Of a DNA stretch of 64,000 bases, positions 19,401-29,442 are shown piece by piece. The first letter of the stretch is position 1, and every line of letters begins with the position of its first letter. Under the pieces are notes generated by a model. That model saw only the letters and a program-made list of their open reading frames with translations. It did no database searches and had not been told where the DNA came from. The DNA is taken from the NCBI GenBank assembly GCA_965217775.1, contig CBDCJH010000002.1, positions 3,968,001 through 4,032,000 of the forward strand, given 5' to 3'. This DNA is from Acidobacteriota bacterium. GTDB taxonomy: Bacteria > Acidobacteriota > UBA6911 > RPQK01 > JAJDTT01. The position numbers and the translations under genes were made by a program.

Positions 19401-20951
19401 ATGAGCGGAAGACCGATGTCCTTGAAACCCATGAGACCCCATCTCGGACTACTCCTCCTGGTTCTGGTGGGCGCCGGCCTCCGCGCCGCACCCGAGACCA
19501 TCGACGTGGGTTCCCGGAAACAACTGTTCGTAGATGGCCGCTTCATCGATTCGAACTACAGAGTCCAGATCACCATGATACCGCCCTGGCAGGACCGGCG
19601 CACCCTGCTGGAGCCGGACCGGGACTGGGAGGGTCCCGGACAGGGCGGCTCCATCGGCCCCTATTCCAGCGTGCTCAAGGACAACGGGAAGATCCGCATC
19701 TGGTATGACCAGCGCCAATACGGCGATGACCCCTTCCCGGAGGTGCTGAGAGTCTGCTACGCCGAGTCCGACGACGGATTGGTGTTCGTCAAGCCTCGTC
19801 TGGGAATTCATGAGGCCGGCGGGTCCCGCCAGAACAACGTGGTGCTCCCCGGGAAGATTGGAGGCTCGTCCGTCTGGATCGATCCCCACGCTCCGCCCGA
19901 GCACCGCTACAAGACCCAGGCCAAGGTCTATCCGTCCGCCGAGCTTCACCTGCACACGTCGCCGGACGGCATTCGTTGGAAGCTCTTCTCCAAGCTGGAT
20001 CCGGGTCCCGGCGGCTGGGACACCCAGAGCATCATCTTCTGGGATCCGCCTTCGTCGCGTTATCTCCTGTTCACCCGATACTGGACCCGATTCGACGACC
20101 GGAACCGGAACTTCCGCTCGGTCCGCCGCCTGGAGTCCCGCGATCTCGTCCACTGGACGAATCAGAGCGTCGTGGTGGGACCCGACTCCACGGACCGGGC
20201 GACCCATGTCACGCCCACCGGCCAGCCGCCGGTGGACTATTACGGCGCCGACGTCTTCCGGTACGAAGAGGCGGATCAAGTCTATATTCTCTTGGCCCAA
20301 GCCTTCTGGCATTGGAAGCCGAGACCCCTCATATCCGGATTGGGGCCCAGCGCCATGGACGTGCGGCTGTTGGTGAGCCGGGACGGGAAACAATTCCGGC
20401 GGGTCGGAGAAAGAAAGCCCTTCCTTCGGATGGGCCCGCCCGGAAGCTTCGACTCGGCCCGGGTCTGGGCCCTGCCCCACCCCGTCCGCATGGGCGACGA
20501 ACTCTGGATCTACTACAACGGGTCCAACCGGGACCATGATCGGCAGTTGGATTCAGAGTCTTCCAGGCACCGGACGGGCATCAGCCGGGCCGTCATGAGG
20601 CTGGACGGCTTCGTATCCGTGGACGCCCCATACGGCGGCGGCCGCTTCACCACTCCGCCGATCCGTTTCAGCGGGTCACGACTGGAATTGAACCTGGACA
20701 CGGGAGGCGGAGGCCGGGCGCTGGTGGAGATCCTGGACAAATCGGGGCGAACCGTACCCGGTTTCTCGCGCGAGAAGGCACTGCCGCTGAACGGGAACTC
20801 GGTCCGGTTGCCGGTGCGCTGGAGGGAGGACCCAGACTTGGAGAAGCTGGCGGGCCAGCCGGTCCGCCTCCGGTTTCATCTTCAGGACTGCAAGCTCTAC
20901 GCCTTTCAGTTCAAGGAGAGCGAGAGCGGAAGACCCCGGGCCATCCGCTGA
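19401..20951 (+). CDS. Secreted five-bladed-propeller glycoside-hydrolase-like protein (start uncertain, 19401-19431)
   Basis: KQLFVD, CYAESDDGLVFVKP, SPDGIRW, WDTQ, SRDLVHW, MRLDGFVS; C-terminal beta-sandwich LYAFQF. Confidence 0.65.
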   Translation: MSGRPMSLKPMRPHLGLLLLVLVGAGLRAAPETIDVGSRKQLFVDGRFIDSNYRVQITMIPPWQDRRTLLEPDRDWEGPGQGGSIGPYSSVLKDNGKIRIWYDQRQYGDDPFPEVLRVCYAESDDGLVFVKPRLGIHEAGGSRQNNVVLPGKIGGSSVWIDPHAPPEHRYKTQAKVYPSAELHLHTSPDGIRWKLFSKLDPGPGGWDTQSIIFWDPPSSRYLLFTRYWTRFDDRNRNFRSVRRLESRDLVHWTNQSVVVGPDSTDRATHVTPTGQPPVDYYGADVFRYEEADQVYILLAQAFWHWKPRPLISGLGPSAMDVRLLVSRDGKQFRRVGERKPFLRMGPPGSFDSARVWALPHPVRMGDELWIYYNGSNRDHDRQLDSESSRHRTGISRAVMRLDGFVSVDAPYGGGRFTTPPIRFSGSRLELNLDTGGGGRALVEILDKSGRTVPGFSREKALPLNGNSVRLPVRWREDPDLEKLAGQPVRLRFHLQDCKLYAFQFKESESGRPRAIR

Positions 20952-21151
20952 GATCGATTCGGCGGCGGCGGGTTCCCGGGGCGACCCGCTATCGTACGCC
21001 GCAAACTGTGGATATGATCCGGGGAAAACGCTCTTTTTGATCGGGACCTCAACTGGCAGGAGCAATTGGAGTTCAATTCCGGCAACGCCCCAGCTTCACA
21101 GTGGACGTGGCCGGGCGGCCTTTGGAGTAGCGATCGGGCACACCATCTCGA

Positions 21152-22769
21152 GTGAACTAAAACGTCACGACGCTTCGCGGAGACTTCTCCGGCGGCATTA
21201 CCTCCGCCGTGGTGACGCTGCCGGTCGCATTGGCCTTCGGCGTGGCGTCGGGCCTGGGGGCGGCCGCCGGCTTGTACGGCGCTATTGCCGTCGGCTTTTT
21301 CGCGGCTCTGTTCGGCGGTACGCGAGCCCAACTGTCCGCCCCCACGGCTCCGACGACCGTTGCCATGGCGGTCATCCTCACCAGCCACTCCTCCAATCTC
21401 GCGGAAGCCTTCACCGTGGTGGTGCTGGCCGGCCTGCTGCAAGTGCTCATGGGCATATCCGGGATCGGCCGCTTCGTGGCGTACACGCCTTACGTGGTTG
21501 TCTCCGGATTCATGTCCGGCATCGGCATCATCATGATCGTGATTCAGATCTTGCCGTTTTCTCGGCGCGCCCGCGGCGCCGGGCGGACCGCTGGGGACGA
21601 TTCACGCGTTGCCCGAGGCGGTGGCCAATATCAATGGCAGCGCGTTTGCCCTCGCCGCCTTGACTCTGGTGGTTGTGTCGGTCTGGCCCCGCCGCCTGGC
21701 GATACTGCTGCCCGCTCCCCTTCTGGCCCTGATTACCGGCACCCTGGTGGGCCTGCTGTGGCTCGGCGGCGCCCCCGTCGTCGGACCCGTGCCTGGAGGT
21801 TTGCCGGAACCGCATTTGATGTTCCCCTCCGCCGGCTTTATTGCGGGTGCCCTCCAACCGGCGATCATTCTTGCCCTGCTCGGCTCCGTGAACAGCCTTC
21901 TCACTTCCCTGGTCGCCGATTCCCTCACTGGCGGACACCACAATCCCAACCGGGAACTGGTGGGTCAGGGAATCGGCAACATGGTCGCGGGATTCATGGG
22001 AGGCCTGCCTGGAGCCGGGGCCACCATGGGAACCGCCATCAACATACGGGCCGGCGCCCTGACCCGGGCATCGGGAGCCTTTTCCGCGGTGGTCCTGCTG
22101 GTGTTTCTATTGGGTCTTGGCCATTACGTCGAGCCGATTCCCCGCGCCGTTCTCGCCGGCCTCCTGATCAAGGTCGGCTGGGACATCGTCGACTGGAATC
22201 TTCTCGCCCGGATTCACCGCATCCGGCACGAACACATGGCGGTCATGCTGCTCACGCTGAGCCTGACGGTGTTCGTCGACCTCGTGACCGGCATCGCCAT
22301 CGGGCTGATCGCCGCGGGAATGACTCACGCTCGGCAGTTGGAACGCCTGGAGATGGACAGCGTGGTATCGGTGCCGCTGCTGGACCAGACCTTCTTTGCC
22401 CTTCCCAAGGGACCGTCCGGATCGGACCCCTATCTGGCGCGAGTCGGCCTGTTGGCGCTCAAGGGCAGCTTTACCGTCGCCTCCTCCAACCGATTGGCCC
22501 GCGCGATCAGCGCCGACATCAAGGATCATGATGTCGTCATTTTCGACTTCTCTCAGGCCACGTATTTCGACGACAGCGCGGCCATGGTGATCAAGAAGTT
22601 GATGGACATCGCTCGGGAAGAGCAGACTGGGCTTATCGTGATGGGCCTCTCCGGCTCGGTAGCGAAAACCCTTCAGGCGCTCGCCGTCTTGCGGGAGGTG
22701 CCGGAGAAGCAGGTCTTTTCGACGCTGGACGAGGCGCGGCAGGCGGCGAAAGACCTCCTCGGCGGTTGA
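21152..22769 (+). pseudogene. SulP family anion transporter with STAS domain, disrupted
   Basis: GTG-AAC-TAA stop at 21158 before LRGDFSGGITSAVVTLPVALAFG; extra T in the T4 run at 21557-21560; NRELVGQGIGN and STAS (VVIFDFS..YFDDSA). Confidence 0.85.
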
Positions 22770-22802
22770 CGACAACGAGCTCGCCGTGGACAGCCGGAGC
22801 GG

Positions 22803-23228
22803 CTAGAGAGGCCAATCCCGGAGGAGCCGCTCGGTTTCCTCCGAGTGCGTCGTTTCGTCGCGCACCATGTCTTCGAGTTGGACCACCAACCCCTTGTCAC
22901 CCAACTCTTCCGCCTGTTGGGCCCGCTCCGTATAGTCCCGCGTCGCCTTCTGCTCGGCTGCCAGGACCTGTTCGACCATCTCCTTGTTCGTGGCAGCCGC
23001 CGGAACCGGCCGGGGCACCATGGTCGGCTCGCCGCCCAGGGCCACGATCTTGTTCGCCAAATACTGGGCATGCAACTGCTCGTCGGTCACTTCACCGAGA
23101 AAGAACTGAGACAACTGAGGCCTGTAGGGACCCGTCGTCTTGGCGGCGTAGATCAGATATTGGATGATCGCACCCAGTTCTCCAGCCAGGTCTTCATTCA
23201 AATTCTCGATCATCTCCTGCTTGGTCAT
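22803..23228 (-). CDS. Ferritin-like/bacterioferritin-like di-iron protein
   Basis: LNEDLAGELGAIIQY, DEQLHA..LANKIVALGG, DETTH (ExxH pairs). Confidence 0.85.
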   Translation of the reverse strand: MTKQEMIENLNEDLAGELGAIIQYLIYAAKTTGPYRPQLSQFFLGEVTDEQLHAQYLANKIVALGGEPTMVPRPVPAAATNKEMVEQVLAAEQKATRDYTERAQQAEELGDKGLVVQLEDMVRDETTHSEETERLLRDWPL

Positions 23229-23476
23229 GTTCCGCTCCCTTTCTGCCTCGTTGACTGGTCGTCGCTCTATTCATGATACATCCGTGGTCGCCGACCTTGA
23301 GGTGGCGGTGCCTTTCTTCCTTCCATGGCACACCGCGGCTACGTTTACGTTCTCAATAACCACGCGGCGGGTAGACCTGTGGGAACGCGTGTGGACACCT
23401 TCGCGGAACACCCGCTGATGAAGCCGACCCTCAAACGTGCCTGAAGTTATCTCGGCGGCAATGCAACACTCGCACG

Positions 23477-24610
23477 CTAGGGGCCGGTGACACCTCGTGC
23501 CTGGTCGCGCAGCTTCCTCAGCCGGTGCCATTCCGCTTCGGTCTCTTTGGCCAGACGGTGTTCCCCCATTGCAGCATAGGTTCGCAGTAAAAGGTAAAGA
23601 CCTTCAATCGAATAACGATCCAACTTCACGGCGCGCTCCAGCAACTCTCTGGCTTGTCGGTAGAGCCGTCGATCCAGTTGGAGACGACCCAACGAAACAT
23701 GCGCGGTAACCGAATTGGGCGCCACTTCCAACGCACGCCGCAGGGAAGCAGAGGCCTTCTCACCTTCTCCCTGCCGTGCCCATGAATCCCCCAATTTCAC
23801 GAGAACGTCCGGATCGCGCGGATTCAGCTTCGTTGCTTGCTGGTACGTTTCAAGGGCCGCCTGAAATTTCCCCAGACCTTCGTACAACTCCCCCATGGCC
23901 GCCAACAACAGGATCTTGGAGGGAAGATCCTGGGTCAGCGAAAGACCCTGCTTCATAAAGGCCTCTGCATCCGGATTGGACCCGGTGATAAACGCGGCCA
24001 CGCTGGAAAGCAGCAGAACGTATGAATCAGTGGGAAAACGGCTTCGAGCATCGGCCAGAACTTCCTGAGCCCGCCGATCTTCCTTTCCCTTGAGCAGGGC
24101 CAAGCCAAGGTCATAGTACGTCTGGACATCAACACCACGTTTGAGCGCCTCTTCCAGATGCCGGATAGCGGTTGGATACTGTTCCAGTTGCACCAGCGCA
24201 CCTCCGACCAGACGCAGTTCGTCGGCGGTCAGCGTCTGTTCGCCGGTTCCTTCATAGAGTCCAACCACGCGTGCATAGGCCCCCATTCGGAAGCAAGCGA
24301 GGGCTAGATTGAACCTCGTCTCCTTTGATGCAGGGTCCAACTCCAGTGACTGCGAAAATGCTCTCGCCGCCGGTGCGAACTCCCCTTGCTGCACGTAAAC
24401 CATTCCCAACAGGAAATGGACCTCGGGATCGTTGCCGCGCAGTCTCGCGAGAGTCTCCAACTGCTGCGCGGCTTGCTGCCACTGTCCACCTGCAATATTC
24501 GTCTGAGCCTTCCGATAGATCTCGTCTGCGTCCCGGTTCTGTCCTTGAGAAACCTGAGAAAGGGCAAATGCCAATACTGCAGAGATCAAGATGTGAAGCT
24601 TAGTCCGCAT
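23477..24610 (-). CDS. Secreted tetratricopeptide repeat protein
   Basis: Signal peptide and repeated TPR patterns (A..AF.Q.LELDP, YQQATKLNP, LRRALEVAP). Confidence 0.85.
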   Translation of the reverse strand: MRTKLHILISAVLAFALSQVSQGQNRDADEIYRKAQTNIAGGQWQQAAQQLETLARLRGNDPEVHFLLGMVYVQQGEFAPAARAFSQSLELDPASKETRFNLALACFRMGAYARVVGLYEGTGEQTLTADELRLVGGALVQLEQYPTAIRHLEEALKRGVDVQTYYDLGLALLKGKEDRRAQEVLADARSRFPTDSYVLLLSSVAAFITGSNPDAEAFMKQGLSLTQDLPSKILLLAAMGELYEGLGKFQAALETYQQATKLNPRDPDVLVKLGDSWARQGEGEKASASLRRALEVAPNSVTAHVSLGRLQLDRRLYRQARELLERAVKLDRYSIEGLYLLLRTYAAMGEHRLAKETEAEWHRLRKLRDQARGVTGP

Positions 24611-24730
24611 TTCTCACCATGGGGCGTCCAGCGCAGTCTGTCCCCTGGAGGCTGCCACGAAATAATTGGAAATGCCTGAAGAAAAGGTGTTTGTCTTGGG
24701 GCACATAGCGACTTTTTTTGGAAACTCGGG

Positions 24731-26443
24731 TTAGCACTCTTCCTGTATTTCCAGGATTCGATTCACTGGAACCTTCGTAAGCTTCTGCTCCTTCCCGTTG
24801 GGCCAACGGATCAGGATCTGATCAATAACGCTGTGCGACCCCAGGCCGAAGTGTAAACGCAGGTCATTCTGAGACTGATAGCTGCCGCCACTCTGGACCT
24901 CTCGGATCTGACTGAGTTGCCCGGTTCGAACCGAAACACGGGCTCCAATCGCACTGCGGTTCGAACAGGTGCCCTTCAGCTTGAGCAGCAGCCAGTTGCC
25001 CTTGGAACTACTGTCATTCAACAGCAGTGATGGAGCTTCATCCAGATTCGAAATCAACAGATCCATGTGACCGTCGTTGTTGAAGTCTCCCACGGCGAGG
25101 CCTCGACTGTTCCTGACCTCGCCCAGCCCTGAACCTGCCTTCTCCGTCGCATCCTCAAAACGGCCGTTTCCAAGATTGCGAAAGAGTTGATTCGCCTGGC
25201 GAAACGAGGTCCCAAGCTGATGGACATCAACCTCCGGATAGACATGTCCGTTGGCGAGAACCAGATCTTTCCAACCGTCCAAGTCAAGGTCGACGAAAGA
25301 CACGCCCCATCCAAGCTTCTGCCACGTCGCCCGCCCGAGACCCACGTTGTAGGTTCCGTCGCTGAAGAAACCGCCGCCGCCGTTTTTATAAAGCGTGTTC
25401 GTGTCATCGGAAAAATTCGTCACGATGACGTCCAAGTCATGGTCGTTGTCATAATCGGCGAAATCCACTCCCATACCCGCCTGCTCCCTGCCGCTGTCAT
25501 TGACAGCCAAACCGACAAGCAGGCCCACCTCGATGAAGGATCCGTCTCCCTGGTTCTGGAAAAGGAAGTTGGGCATTGAATCGTTGGCCACGTAGATATC
25601 CGGATCCCCGTCCCCGTCGTAGTCACCCCACACCACGCCCAGGCCATATGACGCCCGGGACTCTCCCACATGGGCCTCCATGGTCCCGTCCAGGAACCGC
25701 GCATCCCCGAGATTTTCGAAGAAACGATCTCCTTGTGCCGTCAGTCCGCGTGGACCGCACTGGACCTTGATTCCCCGATAACGGCAGAGAGGGCCATCCC
25801 TGGGAGGATTATTGACATCGAAATAGAGATAATTCGCAACGTACAGATCGACGTCACCGTCTCGGTCATAGTCAGCGAAGGCGGCGGCAGAACTCCACGA
25901 CGGATCGTCGGCTCCCGACTCTCGACTGAAGTCTCGAAAGGTCCCATCTCCGTTGTTCAGAAACAGGACATTGGGCCCATAATTGGAGACATAGAGATCG
26001 TCCCAACCGTCATTATTCACGTCTGCCACACTGACTCCCATCCCCCACCGGTGGTCTCCTACGCCAGCACGCCGGGTCACATCCGTGAAGGTTCCGTCTC
26101 TGTTGTTCCGGAAAAGATGGTTTACCGCTCCATTGTCCCCTTTTCGCTCGGCCTCCAGTGTGGAGCCGTTGACCAGATAGACATCCACCCAACCGTCGTG
26201 GTCGTAGTCGATCAGGCCGATCCCTCCGCTCATTGACTCGAGGATGTATTCCTTGGACCTGAGTCCGCTGGTGAGAGTGAAGATGAGGCCCGTGTCTTTA
26301 GTGACATTCCTGAACCTGGGAAATGCCGGCACCGACCCGATAGTCGAAAGAGAAAACATCAGCACCGTGGCGGCAGCGCAGGCGCGCGGAGTCCGCGCCG
26401 ATTTCTCACGCTGACAGGGGACCAAACAAAACACGACTTGCAC
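24731..26443 (-). CDS. CRTAC1/ASPIC-UnbV family protein with FG-GAP/VCBS repeats (start uncertain)
   Basis: Repeated DYDxDGxxD motifs; NRSAIGARV, GGSYQSQND.RLHFGLG. Confidence 0.9.
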   Translation of the reverse strand: MQVVFCLVPCQREKSARTPRACAAATVLMFSLSTIGSVPAFPRFRNVTKDTGLIFTLTSGLRSKEYILESMSGGIGLIDYDHDGWVDVYLVNGSTLEAERKGDNGAVNHLFRNNRDGTFTDVTRRAGVGDHRWGMGVSVADVNNDGWDDLYVSNYGPNVLFLNNGDGTFRDFSRESGADDPSWSSAAAFADYDRDGDVDLYVANYLYFDVNNPPRDGPLCRYRGIKVQCGPRGLTAQGDRFFENLGDARFLDGTMEAHVGESRASYGLGVVWGDYDGDGDPDIYVANDSMPNFLFQNQGDGSFIEVGLLVGLAVNDSGREQAGMGVDFADYDNDHDLDVIVTNFSDDTNTLYKNGGGGFFSDGTYNVGLGRATWQKLGWGVSFVDLDLDGWKDLVLANGHVYPEVDVHQLGTSFRQANQLFRNLGNGRFEDATEKAGSGLGEVRNSRGLAVGDFNNDGHMDLLISNLDEAPSLLLNDSSSKGNWLLLKLKGTCSNRSAIGARVSVRTGQLSQIREVQSGGSYQSQNDLRLHFGLGSHSVIDQILIRWPNGKEQKLTKVPVNRILEIQEEC

Positions 26444-26701
26444 TCCCTCTTATGTCCTGTTGACGCAAGGATTCCCATTGTAATCCAACAGGTGGCCCGG
26501 ACCCCGATCCGGGCCCCGATCCTTGCTTATTTTGGTCTATCGGCACCCTCCTCTGGACTGGAACAGCCGCAGGTCGTGATGGCAAGATTAGAGAAGGCGC
26601 CCTTGATTTGACGGAATCCAGGCCCGCGACGCCGGGTGGGAAAACGCCATGGATGGTACGATCTCCATCACACAAGACCAATGCCGACGGGAGGCCAAGA
26701 T

Positions 26702-27994
26702 ATGACTAGGAGAGAAATTCTTCTGACTCTGAGCCTGGGAGCCGGAGTCCGCACGGTGAAAGCCGCAGGTTTGCGGCGGTCGTCCGCTCCTTCCTTGACT
26801 CCGACTGGACGGGGTGCACCGAGCGCCAGGCTGAGAAAGGTCAAGGATCTGGTCATCTACAGAGACGACCGGAAATATTGCGGACCGGGTCCGGGTGTCG
26901 CCGTACTCGGCGATGGACGAGTCATGATCGCGTTCCGCCGCGTGAACCGCCTGCCAAGCGGTCTAGCGGCCCACCAGGATCCCAGAACGGAAGTCTGCAC
27001 CATTGTGTCCGCCGACGGCGTGAACTGGAACAACGCGCCGCGACGAGCTTACGGCGGCGACTACCAGACAGTGGCGATGACCAGGACCAGCAAGGGCACG
27101 CTCCTCATGGCTCATCACGCCATCACCCTGGTGCCGGAGCGAACCTTTGAGGAGGCGCGGACCCGCCTGCGAGGTCAGGAAGGATTCCGAAAGGGATTGC
27201 CGCCAGGTCTCTTCCGAACCCAGGGATGGCCCATGATTGAAGCGGGTGCAAACGTTTTCCGGTCCACCGACGACGGACAATCCTGGGATGGTCCCCACTA
27301 CGTGAGGATTCCCGAATATCCTCCCGTGCTAGGGGGTACCGGGAGTTCCCTCAACACCCGGAATCCTGTGGTTGAGTTGAGTGACGGTACGCTCGTTTTC
27401 GCCGTTTACAACGTAGAGACGGCGACCAGTGCGTTGCTCGTGGAATCGACGGACGAAGGTCTCAACTGGCGTCGCAGAGGGATGATTGCTCGAGGGCGGC
27501 CGGACGGGCTGGGCTACAACGAGACCATGATCCACGAGTGCCCTTCCGGCGACCTCGTGGCCTTTATGAGGGGCCAGCGCCGAGGTTCTCCGATGGAAGA
27601 GCAAACGCTCTACACCGCCAGATCCGGAGATGAGGGTAGAACCTGGTCGACTCCCCGCCGCCCGAAGGGCTTCTTGGGCCACCCCTTCGGTACGGCTCGA
27701 ATGCCCAGCGGAAACGTCCTTCTGGTCTACGGGTACCGCTTGCAGCCCTTCGGGATTCGAGCCCGCCTTCTCGACCCGGAGTGCACCGACATCATGGGCC
27801 GGAAAGAGTTCGTACTACGAGACGACGGAGGCGGCACGGACCTCGGCTATCCCCTCGCGGCGACCCTGCCGAACGGCCAGGCCATCGTGGTGTACTACAT
27901 GAACGATCTGGGGGATCGGCCGGAACCGCCGTACGGTGCGGGGGGGACAGGGACCCGCTACGTCGCCGCCACCATCGTGGAAGAGCGCGTCTGA
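26702..27994 (+). CDS. BNR/sialidase-like protein, Tat leader
   Basis: MTRREILL; STDDGQSW, STDEGLNW, SGDEGRTW; YNET, DLGYP. Confidence 0.8.
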   Translation: MTRREILLTLSLGAGVRTVKAAGLRRSSAPSLTPTGRGAPSARLRKVKDLVIYRDDRKYCGPGPGVAVLGDGRVMIAFRRVNRLPSGLAAHQDPRTEVCTIVSADGVNWNNAPRRAYGGDYQTVAMTRTSKGTLLMAHHAITLVPERTFEEARTRLRGQEGFRKGLPPGLFRTQGWPMIEAGANVFRSTDDGQSWDGPHYVRIPEYPPVLGGTGSSLNTRNPVVELSDGTLVFAVYNVETATSALLVESTDEGLNWRRRGMIARGRPDGLGYNETMIHECPSGDLVAFMRGQRRGSPMEEQTLYTARSGDEGRTWSTPRRPKGFLGHPFGTARMPSGNVLLVYGYRLQPFGIRARLLDPECTDIMGRKEFVLRDDGGGTDLGYPLAATLPNGQAIVVYYMNDLGDRPEPPYGAGGTGTRYVAATIVEERV

Positions 27995-28051
27995 AACTGG
28001 CAGAGGAATTGCGTCGGAGTCACGGCGCGATCAGCCGCCCGACGCCAGCGG

Positions 28052-29392
28052 TCAGGTTTCCAGCGACCAGCGAATCGAACCCATGTGATAGCGGTGGTGT
28101 CCCGGCATCCGGTCCGCATGGTAGACCGTGACCAGGGTTCCATCGGGTAGCTGAGCCGTAGCGGGATAGGAGCCGTCGGTGCTTTCCTGTAGATGGGTGA
28201 CGATGCGCGGCGCGCTCCAGGACTTCCCTTCGTCTTTGCTCCAGCGAATCGCCGGGCATCCGGGCCCGTGATTCAAGGGACTGAAGCCGTACTGGTCGTA
28301 CCATGCCTCCTCTTCGTAAGGAGTCCTCGGGGGCAGATCGGCCTCCGTCAAGGTGGAACCTCTGCGGATCCGCCGGCGGAACAGGGTTCCGCGCACGAAT
28401 CCCGGCAGGTCGTTGGGGTGACCAAAATGAACCCGCTCCCGCACTCCGAACGTCAACAGCACCCGTCCGTCGGCGAGCTCCAATAGATGTCCGGGCCGGT
28501 GATCCGGCCCCCCGAGTGTGAGCGGCCCCGCCTCGGTCCACTGGCGGCCCTCGTCTTCCGAAACAAACAGAGCCACGTGACTCCACTTGTCCACGGCGGC
28601 CAGCCAGCGGCCGCTACGCAGCCGCACGGCCACCGTGGAGCCGAACCACCGGGCCCGAATTCCCGGCTCACCGATCAGCACGGCCTCGTCCCAAGTGTGC
28701 CCGTCGTCATTGCTGAACAACATGTAGGAAGCCGCATCCGCTCCCTCGCTCGGCGGGACGCCCGTGGCCCGCGCCCCCAGATTTTTCTTGTAGTTCCGGC
28801 TCCACCTCAGTTCCCAGGCCGGCGCCGCCAACGTCTTGCCGGGACCCCGGATGATGTTTCCATAAGGGATGAGATGGGTGACTCCAGGTGGCTGTGGCAC
28901 CGAACCCGTCCACTCCCAGGTCCGCCCCCCGTCCCGAGACCGGCAGATCCGGACCGGCTCTCCCCGATCCCGGTAGCGATCCTCCCGGTATCGTTCGGTT
29001 TCCGCCAGCACGACCAGAGATCCATCGTGGGCCATGCCCACCGAATTCCTCAGATGGGAGAATCCCGGTTCGTGACGAGCCGCCACGCCTCTTAGCTTCC
29101 AGAACCTGCCTCGATCCTCACTCGCCCAGATCTCGATGTCCCCCTTGGGGCCGCCGTGCGTAGGCCTGTTGTAAATTGCGGCCAGGAGAGTCCCGTCTTT
29201 CAGACTGGTGAGACTGGCGTAGGCACAGACGTTGTCGATCGCCAGGTAATGCTCCAGGACTTTGGGATGCGGCTCCCGATACCAGCGGGTTGTCTGGGCG
29301 CGAACCGCTCCGGCTCCCAAGCCCGCAATGGCGGCTGATCCAAGGCTCTTGGCGGAAGCTTCAATGAGGGTACGCCTGGTGATTTTCTTCAT
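28052..29392 (-). CDS. BNR/sialidase-like protein, Tat leader (paralog A)
   Basis: MKKITRRTLI; SRDGGRTW, SNDDGHTW, SEDEGRQW, SKDEGKSW; GSYP. Confidence 0.8.
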   Translation of the reverse strand: MKKITRRTLIEASAKSLGSAAIAGLGAGAVRAQTTRWYREPHPKVLEHYLAIDNVCAYASLTSLKDGTLLAAIYNRPTHGGPKGDIEIWASEDRGRFWKLRGVAARHEPGFSHLRNSVGMAHDGSLVVLAETERYREDRYRDRGEPVRICRSRDGGRTWEWTGSVPQPPGVTHLIPYGNIIRGPGKTLAAPAWELRWSRNYKKNLGARATGVPPSEGADAASYMLFSNDDGHTWDEAVLIGEPGIRARWFGSTVAVRLRSGRWLAAVDKWSHVALFVSEDEGRQWTEAGPLTLGGPDHRPGHLLELADGRVLLTFGVRERVHFGHPNDLPGFVRGTLFRRRIRRGSTLTEADLPPRTPYEEEAWYDQYGFSPLNHGPGCPAIRWSKDEGKSWSAPRIVTHLQESTDGSYPATAQLPDGTLVTVYHADRMPGHHRYHMGSIRWSLET

Positions 29393-29442
29393 CTTCCTGA
29401 CTCCGATCTCGTCTTCAGCTCGCTTATCCCGGACGGCATGGC

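Noticed and set aside
23335-23362. Possible Fur-like box upstream of the ferritin-like gene
   Set aside because: Only a half-site-like match (TTATTGAGAAC on the minus strand); not palindromic enough.
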